Below are positions 14,453 through 26,070 of a stretch of DNA of 64,000 nt, in pieces (the first letter of the stretch is position 1; each line of letters starts with the position of its first letter). The DNA comes from Eledone cirrhosa. Taxonomy: Eukaryota. Below the pieces are notes generated by a model. The model was given only the letters and a program-made list of their open reading frames with translations, was not told the DNA's origin and made no database searches. The translations under genes were made by a program, and so were the position numbers. Location: the NCBI GenBank assembly GCA_964016885.1, contig OZ024742.1:359476001-359540000 (forward strand), read 5' to 3'.

Positions 14453-14503
14453 AGTTTAAGCGAAGAATCGCTGCTTTCACCCTTAACGGGATCTTCTGAA
14501 ACT
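14453..14503 (-). ncRNA. Degenerate hammerhead ribozyme
   Basis: agttt CAGAAGA tccc gttaa gggt GAAA gca gcga ttct tcgc TT aaact; U4 mutated. Confidence 0.55.
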
Positions 14504-14552
14504 AAAAAATCAATCTGTGAAGGCAGAAGTAAATATTTCGAAAAACGTTACA

Positions 14553-14628
<76 letters not shown>

Positions 14629-14864
14629 TATATATACATATATACACACACACACAGATAGTATCATAATGTCGTGCCGAGAGCCAGACATACAGACAGA
14701 TATTATAAGGGCGCGACGTTATAGCTATCTAATGCGGTCCCTAGGGCATAGAAAATTTGAAATTATTTTTGCTCAAAAGACTCCCACGACCATAATCATT
14801 ACATGTGTAAAGTTTGAAAAAAATCGGTTGGGTACTTCTCGAGTTTTAGGCATTCAAACTCACA

Positions 14865-14961
<97 letters not shown>

Positions 14962-15420
14962 CCTCGGTTTTATATATATAGATGAAAGGAAAAGGTGACC
15001 AGAATGTAGAAGGACCGTAACGAAAGACTACAATGCATTTCATCTAATGTACTCCCCCACCTAACCACCACCAATCACCCACCAAACCACCACCAAACCA
15101 TTACCAAACCCCCACCAAACCACCACCAATACCCCACCAATCAGCCACTAAACCGCCACCAATCACCCACGAAACCACCACCAATCCCCCCACCAAACCA
15201 CCACCAATCAAAAACCAAACCACCACCAATCACTATCCTTAGAATCTGCTGTATACATATCACTTTCAACGCTTGACCGCTCCACTCACTCCTCTATTGT
15301 TCTACAGGCAAGTTCAGCCACCCCTACCGCCCACCAAATGCCATGATAGACTTATTTGTGTTTACAACAAATTTTAACCAATCCTCTTGACAACTACAAT
15401 CTTCCCATATAAGGAAGTAC

Positions 15421-15514
15421 CCCCTTGACAAGTTCGGCTATTTATTCACCAGGCTAAAAATTCTAATTTAGTCCAGAAATAGCCGTCGAAACGGCTTGAG
15501 CTCTGCCGTCGGGG
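15421..15514 (+). ncRNA. Type I hammerhead ribozyme, U3:A8 core variant (5' pLTR)
   Basis: cccc TTGACAA g..cggctattt...aaatagccg.c GAAA cggc ttgagctct gccg TC gggg. Confidence 0.8.
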
Positions 15515-15700
15515 TCATACTTTTTCCTATTTCCCACTCTACTACCCTAAGTATTGAGTACTCTGGTACGTTATGGTCCATCTGGTTACTTACCACAATT
15601 CCTTTGTTATTTAGCTCCTATCTCTGTAGTAGAGCACTTTCCGACTCTACTACGCCATATCCCGACTTTTCCACCCAGCTCAAGTTTCTTCACCCGCACG

Positions 15701-17837
15701 ATGCGAAAACACAACATCGACTTCTCCACCAAGAACATCCCAGTTCCACCGAGAAAACTTTACCTTTGGATGCTCACGCAAGAAATCGACCTTTTTGCGA
15801 AAAGACTAAGATGGAGAACTTATTTCTACGAAAGATACCGCGACAATCAGGGCTTCAACACCAAGGAGAGATTCGGATTCAATACCTACAAATCTCCCCC
15901 ACCAAATCCTATGCTTTCACCCTTCGAGAACGACCTTTTTCACCTGGTCAAGAGCATTAAATTCAAACCCAGACACAACAGATTCCTACAACAACTCCGT
16001 TGCAAAATAACAGAGTATGAAAACACTAACGACATCATGGTGCACTCGGACAAAACTGGAAACCTCTACTGCGTCAACCCTGACAGATACCACACACTGA
16101 TCAGGAGCAGCCTAAACTCCACATATAAAAAGGTTAACCATTCAATTATCGAGGACATAAATCGAGATGGACAACAAATTACCTCCAGACTCGGGGTCGC
16201 CGACCGCACTGAACCCCTAGACCCACGGACTACCTACTTCACACTGAAGGACCACAAATCCGGCTTCGACCGCAAACCATCCATTAGGCTTATAAACCCA
16301 ACGAAGTCGGACATAGGGAGAATCAGTAAAAAGATCCTAGACCGAGTTATACCAAAAGTTAAGCAAAACGTCAGACTTAGACTATGGGTCAGCACCCAGG
16401 AAGTAATCTCATGATTCAGGAATATGGAGGACAAACGAGGCACAAAATTCATCCAGTTTGACATAGAGAGTTACTATGCATCTATTACCTTACCGCTCCT
16501 TATAGCCGCCTTGGACTTTGCCGAAACACTCACACCCATCACTGACCAGGAAAGAAATATCATTCTCCTCGCCAGGAAGACAGTCCTACTTTTCGACAAC
16601 TCCAAGTGGATAAAGAGAGCTCCCGACATCCCCTTCGACGTCAGTATGGGCGCAACGGATTCGGCCGAGGTCACAGATCTTATAGGATTATTCCTACTAT
16701 TTAAACTCACCGAAATGTTTCCTACATTAGGCAGTGGATTGTACCGGGATGATGGGCTCCTCACCCTCAAAGGGTACAACACCAGTAGTACAGACCGGAT
16801 CCGTAAACAACTAATCAACTTCTTCCGGGCTGGGGATTTAAAATCACCCTACAAACGTCCCTAACCCGAGTTAATTTCCTGGACGTTACCCTTAACCTCG
16901 AAAATGATCTGTACTACCCATACAGGAAACTAAACGACAACGCCGTTCTAACCATCCTAGAAACATCACCAATAACCTGGTTAAAAACATCTCACTCCGC
17001 TTATCTCGTTTGTCCGCTAATGAGCAGATATTCAACGAACACGCGCTTCATTACAACCAGGCCCTCAAGCGGAGTGGCTTCCGGGAAGAAATATCCTTTT
17101 ATCCAGCTTCCCTTAGCGGAACCAGCAGGCGACACCGCCGCTGACGCAACGTAACGTGGTTCAATCATCCCCATAATGCCGAGATGGCAACACCTATCAG
17201 GAAAATCTTCTTTCGATTCCTCGAAAAACACTTCCCACTACAACACCGCTACCACAACATAATCAACAAAAACACCATCAAACTCTCCTACAGCACCACA
17301 CCTAACTTCGCACAAAACATCGTCTCCTCAAACAACAAAAAACTCAACCCCTATGGAAGAAATAACCTAGACATCAGTTGAGAGCCGACCAGGAGGTGTA
17401 ACTGCCCTGATAGATCTACGTGCCCCCTCAACAACAAATGCCTAGAACGTAACGTGATCTACCAGTGCAACGTGAGGACGGACACCTCCAACAAAGCTTA
17501 TATAGGATTAACCGCGTGTGACTTCAAGACCCGGCTCTACCAACACCAACATACTTTCTGAAACCCGGTCCGGGGACATGCCCCTACACTTTCGGGCCAC
17601 ATCTGGGACCTCCAAGATAATAATATAACCTACAATCTCACTTGGAGCTTACTGTCCAGAGCTAACTCTTACACGGGAGGACGCCGTCCGTGTAACTTAT
17701 GCTCGGAGGAAACATTACAAATGTTGTTTTCGAAGGACCAACTCCTAAACAAGAAAGACGAACTGGTAACCGCATGCAAACACAGATTGCGCAGGACTTA
17801 CCTCGCCCTCAAACCCCATAACGACTCGGGTGGATAG
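15701..17837 (+). pseudogene. PLE RT + GIY-YIG ORF disrupted by stops and frameshifts
   Basis: FSTKNIP..KRLRWR N-terminus; DKT; QFDIESYY; MGATDS; LYRDD; CNCPDRSTCPL; VIY...AYIG; TGA at 16412, 17379 and 17559; frameshifts between about 16830 and 17150. Confidence 0.9.
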
Positions 17838-18516
17838 GCAAGGGCTGATACCTCCTCCTCACTTGACGAATAAGTTAGGGGAAACTCCAGCTTACATAGG
17901 TAGATGTATCTCTTTTCTTTTCCTCTTTGTCTTCTTCCCTCTGTCTCATCCTATCACTTCCTTCCTCCCCTATTTTCTTCCTCGTCTGCTTTTCCCCTTT
18001 CGCCAGCCCCGATGCAGCCCATCGGGTCTCTGTAGCATCAGTTCCCCCACTCCTGTAATTTTAAGATAGAATTGGCCGAATACGTTTTACTAACTACTTA
18101 TAGCAGATGTGTTAAACCCCTTTAATTTGTATCAGTTTTGTAATTTCTACAAGTTTTTTTCTATTCTCAACTTATTAACCTGTATTTGTAAGATAGCATT
18201 GTGATTTTTTTTAATTCATTTCTCACTATCTAATTTCATATATTTTTTTTTTCTTTCTTTCTAGTATCTTGTATTGTCTCCTACTCTCATTCGATTTACC
18301 TATTCTATAACCTCCCCCACTTCATACACTATCCTTAGAATCTGCTGTATACATATCACTCTCAACGCTTGACCGCTCCACTCACTCCCCTATTGTTCTA
18401 CAGGCAAGTTCAGCCACCCCTACCTCCTACCAAATGCCATGATAGACTTATTTGTGTTTACAACAAATTTTAACCAATCCTCTTGACAACTACAATCTTC
18501 CCATATAAGGAAGTAC

Positions 18517-18610
18517 CCCCTTGACAAGTTCGGCTATTTATTCACCAGGCTAAAAATTCTAATTTAGTCCAGAAATAGCCGTCGAAACGGCTTGAGCTCT
18601 GCCGTCGGGG
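18517..18610 (+). ncRNA. Type I hammerhead ribozyme, U3:A8 core variant (3' pLTR)
   Basis: Same sequence as 15421-15514. Confidence 0.8.
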
Positions 18611-18758
18611 TCATACTTTTTCCTATATCTATCTCTCTCTATATATATATAAGGTGTATAGAGTAGTAGTATATATATATATAATAAGGTGTATACAGTA
18701 GCATTATATATATATATATAATAAGATGTATACAGTAACAGTATATATATAATAAGGT

Positions 18759-18890
18759 GTACTTTATTTTATCGACCCCGTAAGGACGAAAGGCGAAGTT
18801 AACCTCGGCGGAATTTGAGCTCAGATTATAAAGGGGCGTAACTCTATGCTGCAAAGCATGGCGTCCGACCCTCTGCCAATCCACCGCCCT
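18759..18890 (-). mobile_element. tRNA-derived SINE family 1 (octopus-type), 3'-truncated
   Basis: Reverse complement of the family at 22258; degenerate A/B boxes. Confidence 0.8.
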
Positions 18891-19099
18891 ATATATATAT
18901 ATATATAATAAGATGTATACTGAAGAAAATAAATAAAAATAGCTACAGAAAATGTGAGAAACGAAAAGCTGTTTCCTATTTTTTCAGGGAAGCCAAATAT
19001 ATAATAAAGCAAGATTGGAAAACAAAACCACAACCGACTAAGCAAGTAAAAACTAAACTTTAAAAAAAGGATTATAAAATGTCGTGTGAATACAAGGGA

Positions 19100-19370
19100 A
19101 AGAAAATTTCCCATATAGACATTACATGACAAGATTGATCAACAAACCGAAGTGGACAAGGAAAATGTTCAAGCTGATTGTGAAATACAAGATACAAAGC
19201 TGAGATCGAATGATGTATTTTTTATTGAGGCACGAAGCCAAAGTATTCTGGACAGAAACTATATGAGGTAGTGTAAAACATGCTGAGAATATTTACTCGT
19301 TGTAAAGAAGCAATCAATCACATTCTTGCTGATTTTCCAGTTTTAGCCAAATCAGAGTTCATAAACATGT
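19100..19370 (+). pseudogene. Highly degenerate fragment of an RLE-type (R4/Dong-like) non-LTR ORF, zinc-knuckle region
   Basis: Broken translation LHDKIDQQTEVDKE...SQSILDRNY...EAINHILADFPVLAKSEF resembles the LHG..VD..QDQ..TRNY..ETIDHI.SGCPVLA pattern (recognised from memory). Confidence 0.45.
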
Positions 19371-19852
19371 ATGCCACTCTGGAAATACTACTATATACAG
19401 GGAACTAAACCCCTATAGAATATATACATATCATTATAAAACCTCTCACAGTCATATTCTACAATTAGGGAATGATTAAATTACTATATTATGGGATGTG
19501 TCGCTACACAGACTAGAAAATTAAGGTAAATTACATCAGAAGTATTGTCATATATTTTACAGGGAGAATATAATCGTATCGATACATCAACTGGAGCAAA
19601 TCAGAGGAAGAAAGAAAAGAAAACGAATAAAATATTGAGAAAATATAATTACGTTGAAAATGCGAACTGAAAAGGAAAAATATATATATACGGCTTTAGA
19701 AATAACGGAAGCATATATAGAGGAAATGAGAAATACTAGGCACACTTAGTATTTAAGCTACTTATAATGCAATGAAAAACAAAAACACTTAAACAAATAG
19801 ATAAACAAAACAAAGCACTTCTCCACGATTCTGAAATAAATCTATAATCTTT

Positions 19853-20080
19853 TACAATAAAGGTTTCTAATTTAGACACAAGGTCAACAGCTTTAGGGGA
19901 AGGGAAAGTCGAGTAAATTGGATCCCAGTGTATTACTGGTACTTTATTTTATCGACCCGGTAAGGATGAAAAGACAAGACCACCTCGGTTGGATTTGAAC
20001 TCAGAACGTAAAGGGCCGTATCTCTATGCCGCGAAGCATGATGTCCGACGCTCTGATGATACTGGCAATCCACTTCCTTC
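19853..20080 (-). mobile_element. tRNA-derived SINE family 1
   Basis: Contains the ggtactttattttatcgaccc..gatttgaactcaga core. Confidence 0.85.
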
Positions 20081-20532
20081 ATAATCCTTTAAAATAATGA
20101 TAATGTATTGACTTCACGTAAGTAGAAGGTGATACATGTTAGAACAAGGGTACACCTGCTTATGGTGAGCCCATTAATTGATGGAACCTTATATTTTTAT
20201 CTACAAGTTTACATATTGAGTGAGTAGGCGCTGTCTATTATATCAACCCCAGTAAGAACTGGATCCCCAAGCGAGACCAGCCAAGATCATGGATGTTAAC
20301 CTAATTTATTTTATCAATTTCAAATGTGAATGAATGAAAATCGGTGCCATATTTTAACAAAACGAGAGGAATGAAAAACTTAAGTGATTTGAGTTCAGAA
20401 GTGACATACTAAAGTCACTACCATAAAAAGAAGTCATTGCTTGAATCAGTGGCCATACTAATTCTCTCCACATCATAAGCGGCTTTGAGCCGATTTTTAT
20501 TCGCATTTGAAATTGATAAAATAAATTAGGTT

Positions 20533-20680
20533 AACATCCATGAGCTTGGCTGGTCTCGCTTGGAGATCCAGTCGGATCAGTTGGAGACGGTGGCTTCTGA
20601 CAGGACCCGCTTTAAGGACTGTTTGAGGATTCTGCCCCCAACGACCCTTTCCGGAATAAGTGGGCGAGGAAGAAGAAGAA
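20533..20680 (+). mobile_element. 3' end of an RTE-clade (Rex3/Expander-like) element with (GAA)n tail and apparent TSD aaattaggtta
   Basis: Homologous to the reverse complement of 43770-43980; aaattaggtta occurs on both sides. Confidence 0.7.
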
Positions 20681-21470
20681 ATTAGGTTACCAATGTCCTC
20701 GGAGAAAAGATAACCCCAAAATATTTCTTTCTTTTCAGCAACTGGAACCTTTCATTGGTTTTTAGATACAAAATTGTTTTTCTCAATCTCGAGGTATAAC
20801 CTCTCAAAAGCCAATGGTGGAACCTTCACTTGCTCAAGCTACAAAATAAAAACAAAAAACAACGACAAACAAAAAATACAAAAATAACAACGACAAACAA
20901 ACAAAGACACAAAATCTCCCAAATCTCACCTTTAAAATGGAAGGACACATTAAAAAATGATGTGTTTTACTCCCCCAAAAAGACGTTTGGTCACATAAGG
21001 AAAGCGTTTGATCATATATATTTTCAATCCAGGCTGACCTTTTTGTGACATTTAAAAATACAATGTTTTGTTGATTTGTATGTGTCTGTGTTTTTCCAGC
21101 AACCATTTTTTTAAATCAATCTCTACTCAATGTGTGTTTCTATTCAACGCTATTTCCAACGATTCGTTGCAGATTTCAGTTAAAGAATGAAAGAAGATTT
21201 GCAAAAATATCGATTTCTCCAATGTTTTCGAATCAAAAGCGATTTATAGCAGCAAATATAATTTACTACAATAGGGTTCCCAGCACATCCCAGCTCCGTC
21301 CCTTTGCCCTCCAGTTTTCACACATACTTACCATCATACTTACACCCTTTCAATCTTCCATTAACCAACTTTCATACATTCAATTTCACACTATTTCGTT
21401 TTCCTTTGAATTTCTCTTTGCTTTCAGTCTTTCCATCGGTTACTCTTATTTATTATCTAGCTTTCTCAAC

Positions 21471-21575
<105 letters not shown>

Positions 21576-21658
21576 GTATATATATATCACTCTCTGCCTG
21601 CTTGTCAGCTTGTATGTATGTATATATTTCTGTATGTAGGTATGTAGGTATGTGTATG

Positions 21659-21741
<83 letters not shown>

Positions 21742-22257
21742 CTACCTGTTTCTTTGATTCGTATGTTGTCTTATACTTAAAACGCCTCTTCACTCAACCC
21801 TCTCTATCCCTCATACAAGCAGGTTCTACATATATTTACATACATACACACACACACATACATACACACACATACATACATACACACACATACATACATC
21901 TATACACCTACAGACATATACATACATACATACATCTATACCCAGACATCTATATACATACATACATCTATACACAGACATCTATACACATACATCTATA
22001 CACATACATACATCTATACACATAGAGACATACACATACATACATCTATACACAGACATCTATACACATACATCTATACACATACACCTATACACTACAT
22101 CTACACACTGACATCTATACACTGACATCTATACACACATAGTACACACCCAAATGTTATGTCAATAACAGTCTCACTTTCCCTACTGGTTCTCTATTCC
22201 ATGCTATGTTATCTTCCACGACTCCTAAATTCTATGAAACACACCCACGCATTATCT

Positions 22258-22447
22258 TGTGGATTGGCAGTATCGGTAAAGGGTCGGACGCCATGCTTTG
22301 ACGCATAGAGTTACGGCCCTTGCCATTCTGAGTTCAAATCCCGCCGAGGTTAACTTTGCCTTTGATCCTTATGAGGTCGATAAAATAAAGTACCAGTAGT
22401 GTACTTGGTAATTGCTGGCCTTGTGCCAAAAGTAGAAACAATTATCT
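22258..22447 (+). mobile_element. tRNA-derived SINE family 1
   Basis: A box tggcagtatcgg, B box gagttcaaatccc, CORE-like gcctttgatcctt..gtcgataaaataaagtacc. Confidence 0.88.
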
Positions 22448-22992
22448 TCTAACACATATAAGGTCACGCTGTTTATTTCACATTCTCTCACTCTCTTTAT
22501 ATATCTCACACACACCACACCCTCATCTCTATCACTCTCTCTCTCCCTTTCTTCGTATCCACTACGTCATAACTATTTTATCCTTTCCGTTTTTATTCAT
22601 TTCATCCACACCTAACATTATCCATTCACGTTGACTCTTCACTTCTCCCATCGTCTCATACGACATCCTAAGCCACCTTCTATTTCATTTTAGCCATTTT
22701 TCATCATATGTAACCCCTATCTTTACCTATACAGTTTATAGAGGCAACGCAGAGTAGTTCAAACTAGATCCTGTCAACAAAATCTTCATATGGTTTATAT
22801 ACACAGCAAGCCTCTGATATCCGAATCGCTAAATGTCAGCAGAAGGTCACCCAGGAGTCATGACCTGGATGCGACCCGGCCCCTTTAGAATATAAGAAGT
22901 TAAAGGCCGAAACACTCGTTTGAGTGGGGTTTCTTCTCTGAAGACCTTCTGCTGTCCAGCTCTCCTGAGAGTTTCTTACCATTATATTTCCC

Positions 22993-23088
22993 AACTTTGC
23001 CTTTCATCCTTACGGGGTCGATAAAATAAAGTACCAGTAATACACTGTTAAAATTGCTGGCCTTGTGCCAAAAGTAGAAACAATAATA
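22993..23088 (+). mobile_element. 5'-truncated SINE family 1
   Basis: Matches the 3' half of 22258-22447. Confidence 0.8.
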
Positions 23089-23240
23089 TTTCCCATCCCT
23101 CATTTTTCTAGCTTTCTCTCACGTCTTTTAATTCTCTTTCAGACCAACAATCACTTCTTTCTGGCTTTCAAATCTTTGCTTTGCCCTTTTTCTCCCCGAA
23201 AGTATGAGCTAAGGCTTTCTTCGGGGGACTTACAATCCCG

Positions 23241-23675
23241 CTGATAATTCAGGTAAGGCATGAATGACATGGCCGTTATATAAGACCTCTGATACTTCAG
23301 GTAAGGCAAGAATGACATAGCCGTTATGTAAGACCTCTGATACTTCAGGAAATGCAAGAATGACATAGCCGTTATATAAGACCTCTGATACTTCAGGAAA
23401 TGCAAGAATGACATAGCCGTTATATAAGACCTCTGATACTTCAGGAAAGGCATGAATGACATAGCCGTTATATAAGACCTCTGATACTTCAGGAAAGGCA
23501 TGAATGGCATAGCCGTTATATAAGACCTCTGATACTTCAGTAAAGGCATGAATGACATAGCCGTTATATAAGACCCCTGATATTTCAGGAAAGGCAAGAA
23601 TGACATAGCCGTTATATAAGACCTCTGATAATTCAGGAAAGGCACGAATGACATAGCCGTTATATAAGACCTCTG
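23241..23675. repeat. 48-bp minisatellite, about 9 copies
   Basis: Unit gatacttcaggaaaggcatgaatgacatagccgttatataagacctct; 16-aa periodicity in ORF 23151..23690. Confidence 0.95.
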
Positions 23676-23784
23676 CTTCAATCCACTCATCTCCGTGTAT
23701 ATATCTATCTTACAATCATTCTGTCTATTACACTATTACATCAACTTCACACTAAGCTCTAGATACAAGTTATAGGCCAATAGG

Positions 23785-24060
23785 TGGAGCTGTGTGGCAT
23801 AATGGTGACGGTGTTGGACTTACAACCATAGTGTCGTGGGTTCGGTTCCTGGTCTGCTTTGTGTGTTGTGCTCTTAAGTAAAACACTTCATTTCCCGTTG
23901 TTCCAGTATACTCACCTGAAAATGAGTACCAGCAATAGCTGGGAGGTTTAACCCTGCGATGGACTGGCGTCTTGTCCAGGGGGCAGTCTTGTACTCTCAT
24001 TCCCTTAATGCCATGAAACCGGAATAACCACTGACCTCGCGAGTCTTCTGGCAAGACTTT
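23785..24060 (+). mobile_element. tRNA-derived SINE family 2 (V/CORE-like body)
   Basis: A box tggcataatgg, B box ggttcggttcc, body accctgcgatggactggcgtcttgtccaggg. Confidence 0.75.
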
Positions 24061-24384
24061 AGACATCGTAATTTTCTTTAATTTTTGAATGGCCCTCTAT
24101 TGGTATTTACTTCACTTCACTGTAGCTTTCCTCGACCGACGAGGGTCGTGGGGCGCTCCATTATGCAATGTATCTTGGAAAAATGCAGCTAGGCAGAACC
24201 CATCCCTTCCTACTCCGTATATATTATAAAGAGTTGACCAAAATATGTATATTTCGACCACCGAAAGAATTCGCCAACAACCAGTATTGAAAATTTTTTT
24301 TTTTTCTTGCAAATTAAGAATTCGAGTTACGTATGAACAGGTAGTCCTACTGATAGCCGATATATGTATGTATATATATATATA

Positions 24385-24890
24385 CGGGATAACAAATTAT
24401 TGTTATAGGTAGTCCACTTAGATGAAGTCCAGTTAGGGTACTCCGAGTAGTGGATGATATCAATGCTTGGCTAAGTTTGACTAAACAAGGCATTTCCATA
24501 GTGATGTTGCGAGTACGCGGTGATTTCTATGTTGTTTACACTTGGAGTAATGATAAATCAAGAAAGAAGAGTGACACCGCTTGCTATACAATAAGGGCTT
24601 TAATCACATTGCTGACAATTGTTTCTCTGAACTGGTAGGTCTAGAGATCGCTACCCGCCTGTTTTTGAGTCAATCGATCACCAATACATAGTTATAACCA
24701 GTCAATTCATCAGAGCTTGCTCATTCTCGCAACCTCTGATGAATTGACTGGTTACAACTATGTATTGGTGATCGATTGACGCAGAAACTGGCGGGTAGCG
24801 ATCTCTAGACCTACCAGTTCAGAGAAACAATTGTCAGCAATGTGATTAAAGCCCTTATTGTATAGCAAACCGTGTCACTCTTCTTTCTTG

Positions 24891-24896
<6 letters not shown>
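24385..24896. mobile_element. Fold-back pLTR insertion in (TA)n with a long-stem-II HHR in each arm
   Basis: Arms 24553-24715 and 24734-24896; about 170-nt extra tail on the left. Confidence 0.85.
24611..24716 (-). ncRNA. Hammerhead ribozyme, long stem II, stem I truncated at the inversion
   Basis: gct CTGATGA attgactggt...accagttcaga GAAA caattg TC agc; mirror copy at 24734-24838(+). Confidence 0.65.
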
Positions 24897-24934
<38 letters not shown>

Positions 24935-24936
<2 letters not shown>

Positions 24937-25230
24937 TTAACTATATGTCTAGTCAATTTCTACGGGCTATCAGAAATACCGGGTAAATTTTCTGTAACTA
25001 TGAGTCACGGATAAAAGCTATATCATTTATCTATTGTTTCTTCATAAGTATATTTTAAACTTATAGCCTCGTTTAAATGATTTTTTGTGTGGTTAATTTA
25101 TATTGATTGGGAGAAGAAATACTGTGTATATTTTATCTAATAATTCTATGGACTTACTTTTTATATATTGCTCTGATTATTAATTATTTAATTAATTCGT
25201 CATTGAGCCACACGGTGAATGCTTGCCAAA

Positions 25231-25296
<66 letters not shown>

Positions 25297-25819
25297 TTTG
25301 TCTAGTTTATATGTATATACCCTTTACATTTTACATACTCCCGTACGCTTGAGTAAAACTTTAGGTAGTATTCGGCTGCGCTTTCTAGCAACCAACCTAC
25401 TCGCCGACAGGCACCAATCACAAACTTTCTGCCTTGACCACTGGCCACGTGATGATTCTTAGCCATTTTGAATTCGTTTCTGGCTGGGATCATGTAAAAA
25501 AAATCTTTGTCAAATTGAGTTATCTCTTGATGATTTCCAACCTCGTTAATTTATCCAAGATCGGATATATCCAAAAAAAGAATGAAACCGTCGGGGGTAG
25601 AGATATTTTGATGATTTTGGTAAGGTTTATGTACATTTTTTCTTCTAACTTTGATTTTGTACCTAATTATGTTTGGTTAACTATATGTCTAGTCAATTTC
25701 TACAGGCTATCAGAAATACCGGGTATATTTTCTGTAACTATGAGTCGCGGATAAAAAGGTATATCATTTATCTATTGTTTCTTCATAAGTATATATTTTA
25801 TCTAATGATTCTATGGACT

Positions 25820-25822
<3 letters not shown>
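24935..25822 (+). mobile_element. Non-coding HHR element with direct terminal repeats (about 740 bp spacing including an internal TA tract)
   Basis: 24935-25058 is repeated at 25675-25800; HHR at 25521; TA tracts on both sides. Confidence 0.65.
25521..25605 (+). ncRNA. Type I hammerhead ribozyme (U3 variant)
   Basis: tatctc TTGATGA tttc...gaat GAAA cc gtcggg gg TA gagata; same tttc/gaat stem II base as the HHR at 14316. Confidence 0.72.
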
Positions 25823-25860
<38 letters not shown>

Positions 25861-25863
<3 letters not shown>

Positions 25864-26037
25864 CGAAGGAAATGTGGTAAGGAACGCACCAAAGTACTCA
25901 ATACTTAGGGTAGTAGAATGGGTAATAGGAACGAGTAGGACCCCGACGGCTGAGCTCAAGCCGTTTCGACGGCTAATTCAGTCCAGAATTAGCCGTCGAA
26001 ACGGCTTGAGCTCAGCCGTCGGGGTCCTACTCGTTCC

Positions 26038-26040
<3 letters not shown>
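25861..26040. mobile_element. Mini fold-back insertion of the PLE family-A terminus
   Basis: Same architecture as 2746-2941, centre about 25980. Confidence 0.9.

Positions 26041-26063
<23 letters not shown>

Positions 26064-26070
<7 letters not shown>

Larger units (their letters stand above)
13781..14982 (-). mobile_element. Non-autonomous Helitron with nested microsatellites and HHR islands
   Basis: Minus strand starts A|TCtatatatataaaa followed by (TG)n; ends with hairpin cccgagtaccgccggg...CTAG|T; A/T target site. Confidence 0.75.
15230..18625 (+). mobile_element. Full-length Penelope-like element, family A (tentatively Nematis-like), with direct pseudo-LTRs
   Basis: About 300-bp direct repeats at 15230-15530 and 18327-18626 flank an RT + GIY-YIG ORF. 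Confidence 0.93.

Noticed and set aside
15425-15431. TTGACA as a bacterial -35 promoter box
   Set aside because: Eukaryotic retroelement context; better explained as an HHR core, and it varies to TTGAAA in another copy.
16412-17561. In-frame TGA codons as selenocysteine (as in some Naiad PLEs)
   Set aside because: They fall at likely Trp/Arg positions, Cys motifs use TGY, frameshifts are also present, and GIY-YIG is C-terminal (not the Naiad order).
22258-22345. SINE heads as tRNA genes
   Set aside because: A/B boxes are present but there is no clean cloverleaf, and each is fused to a repeated SINE body.
23241-23675. CRISPR array or tandem hammerheads (CTGATA..GAAA in the unit)
   Set aside because: No unique spacers or cas genes; the core is incomplete and there is no stem I.
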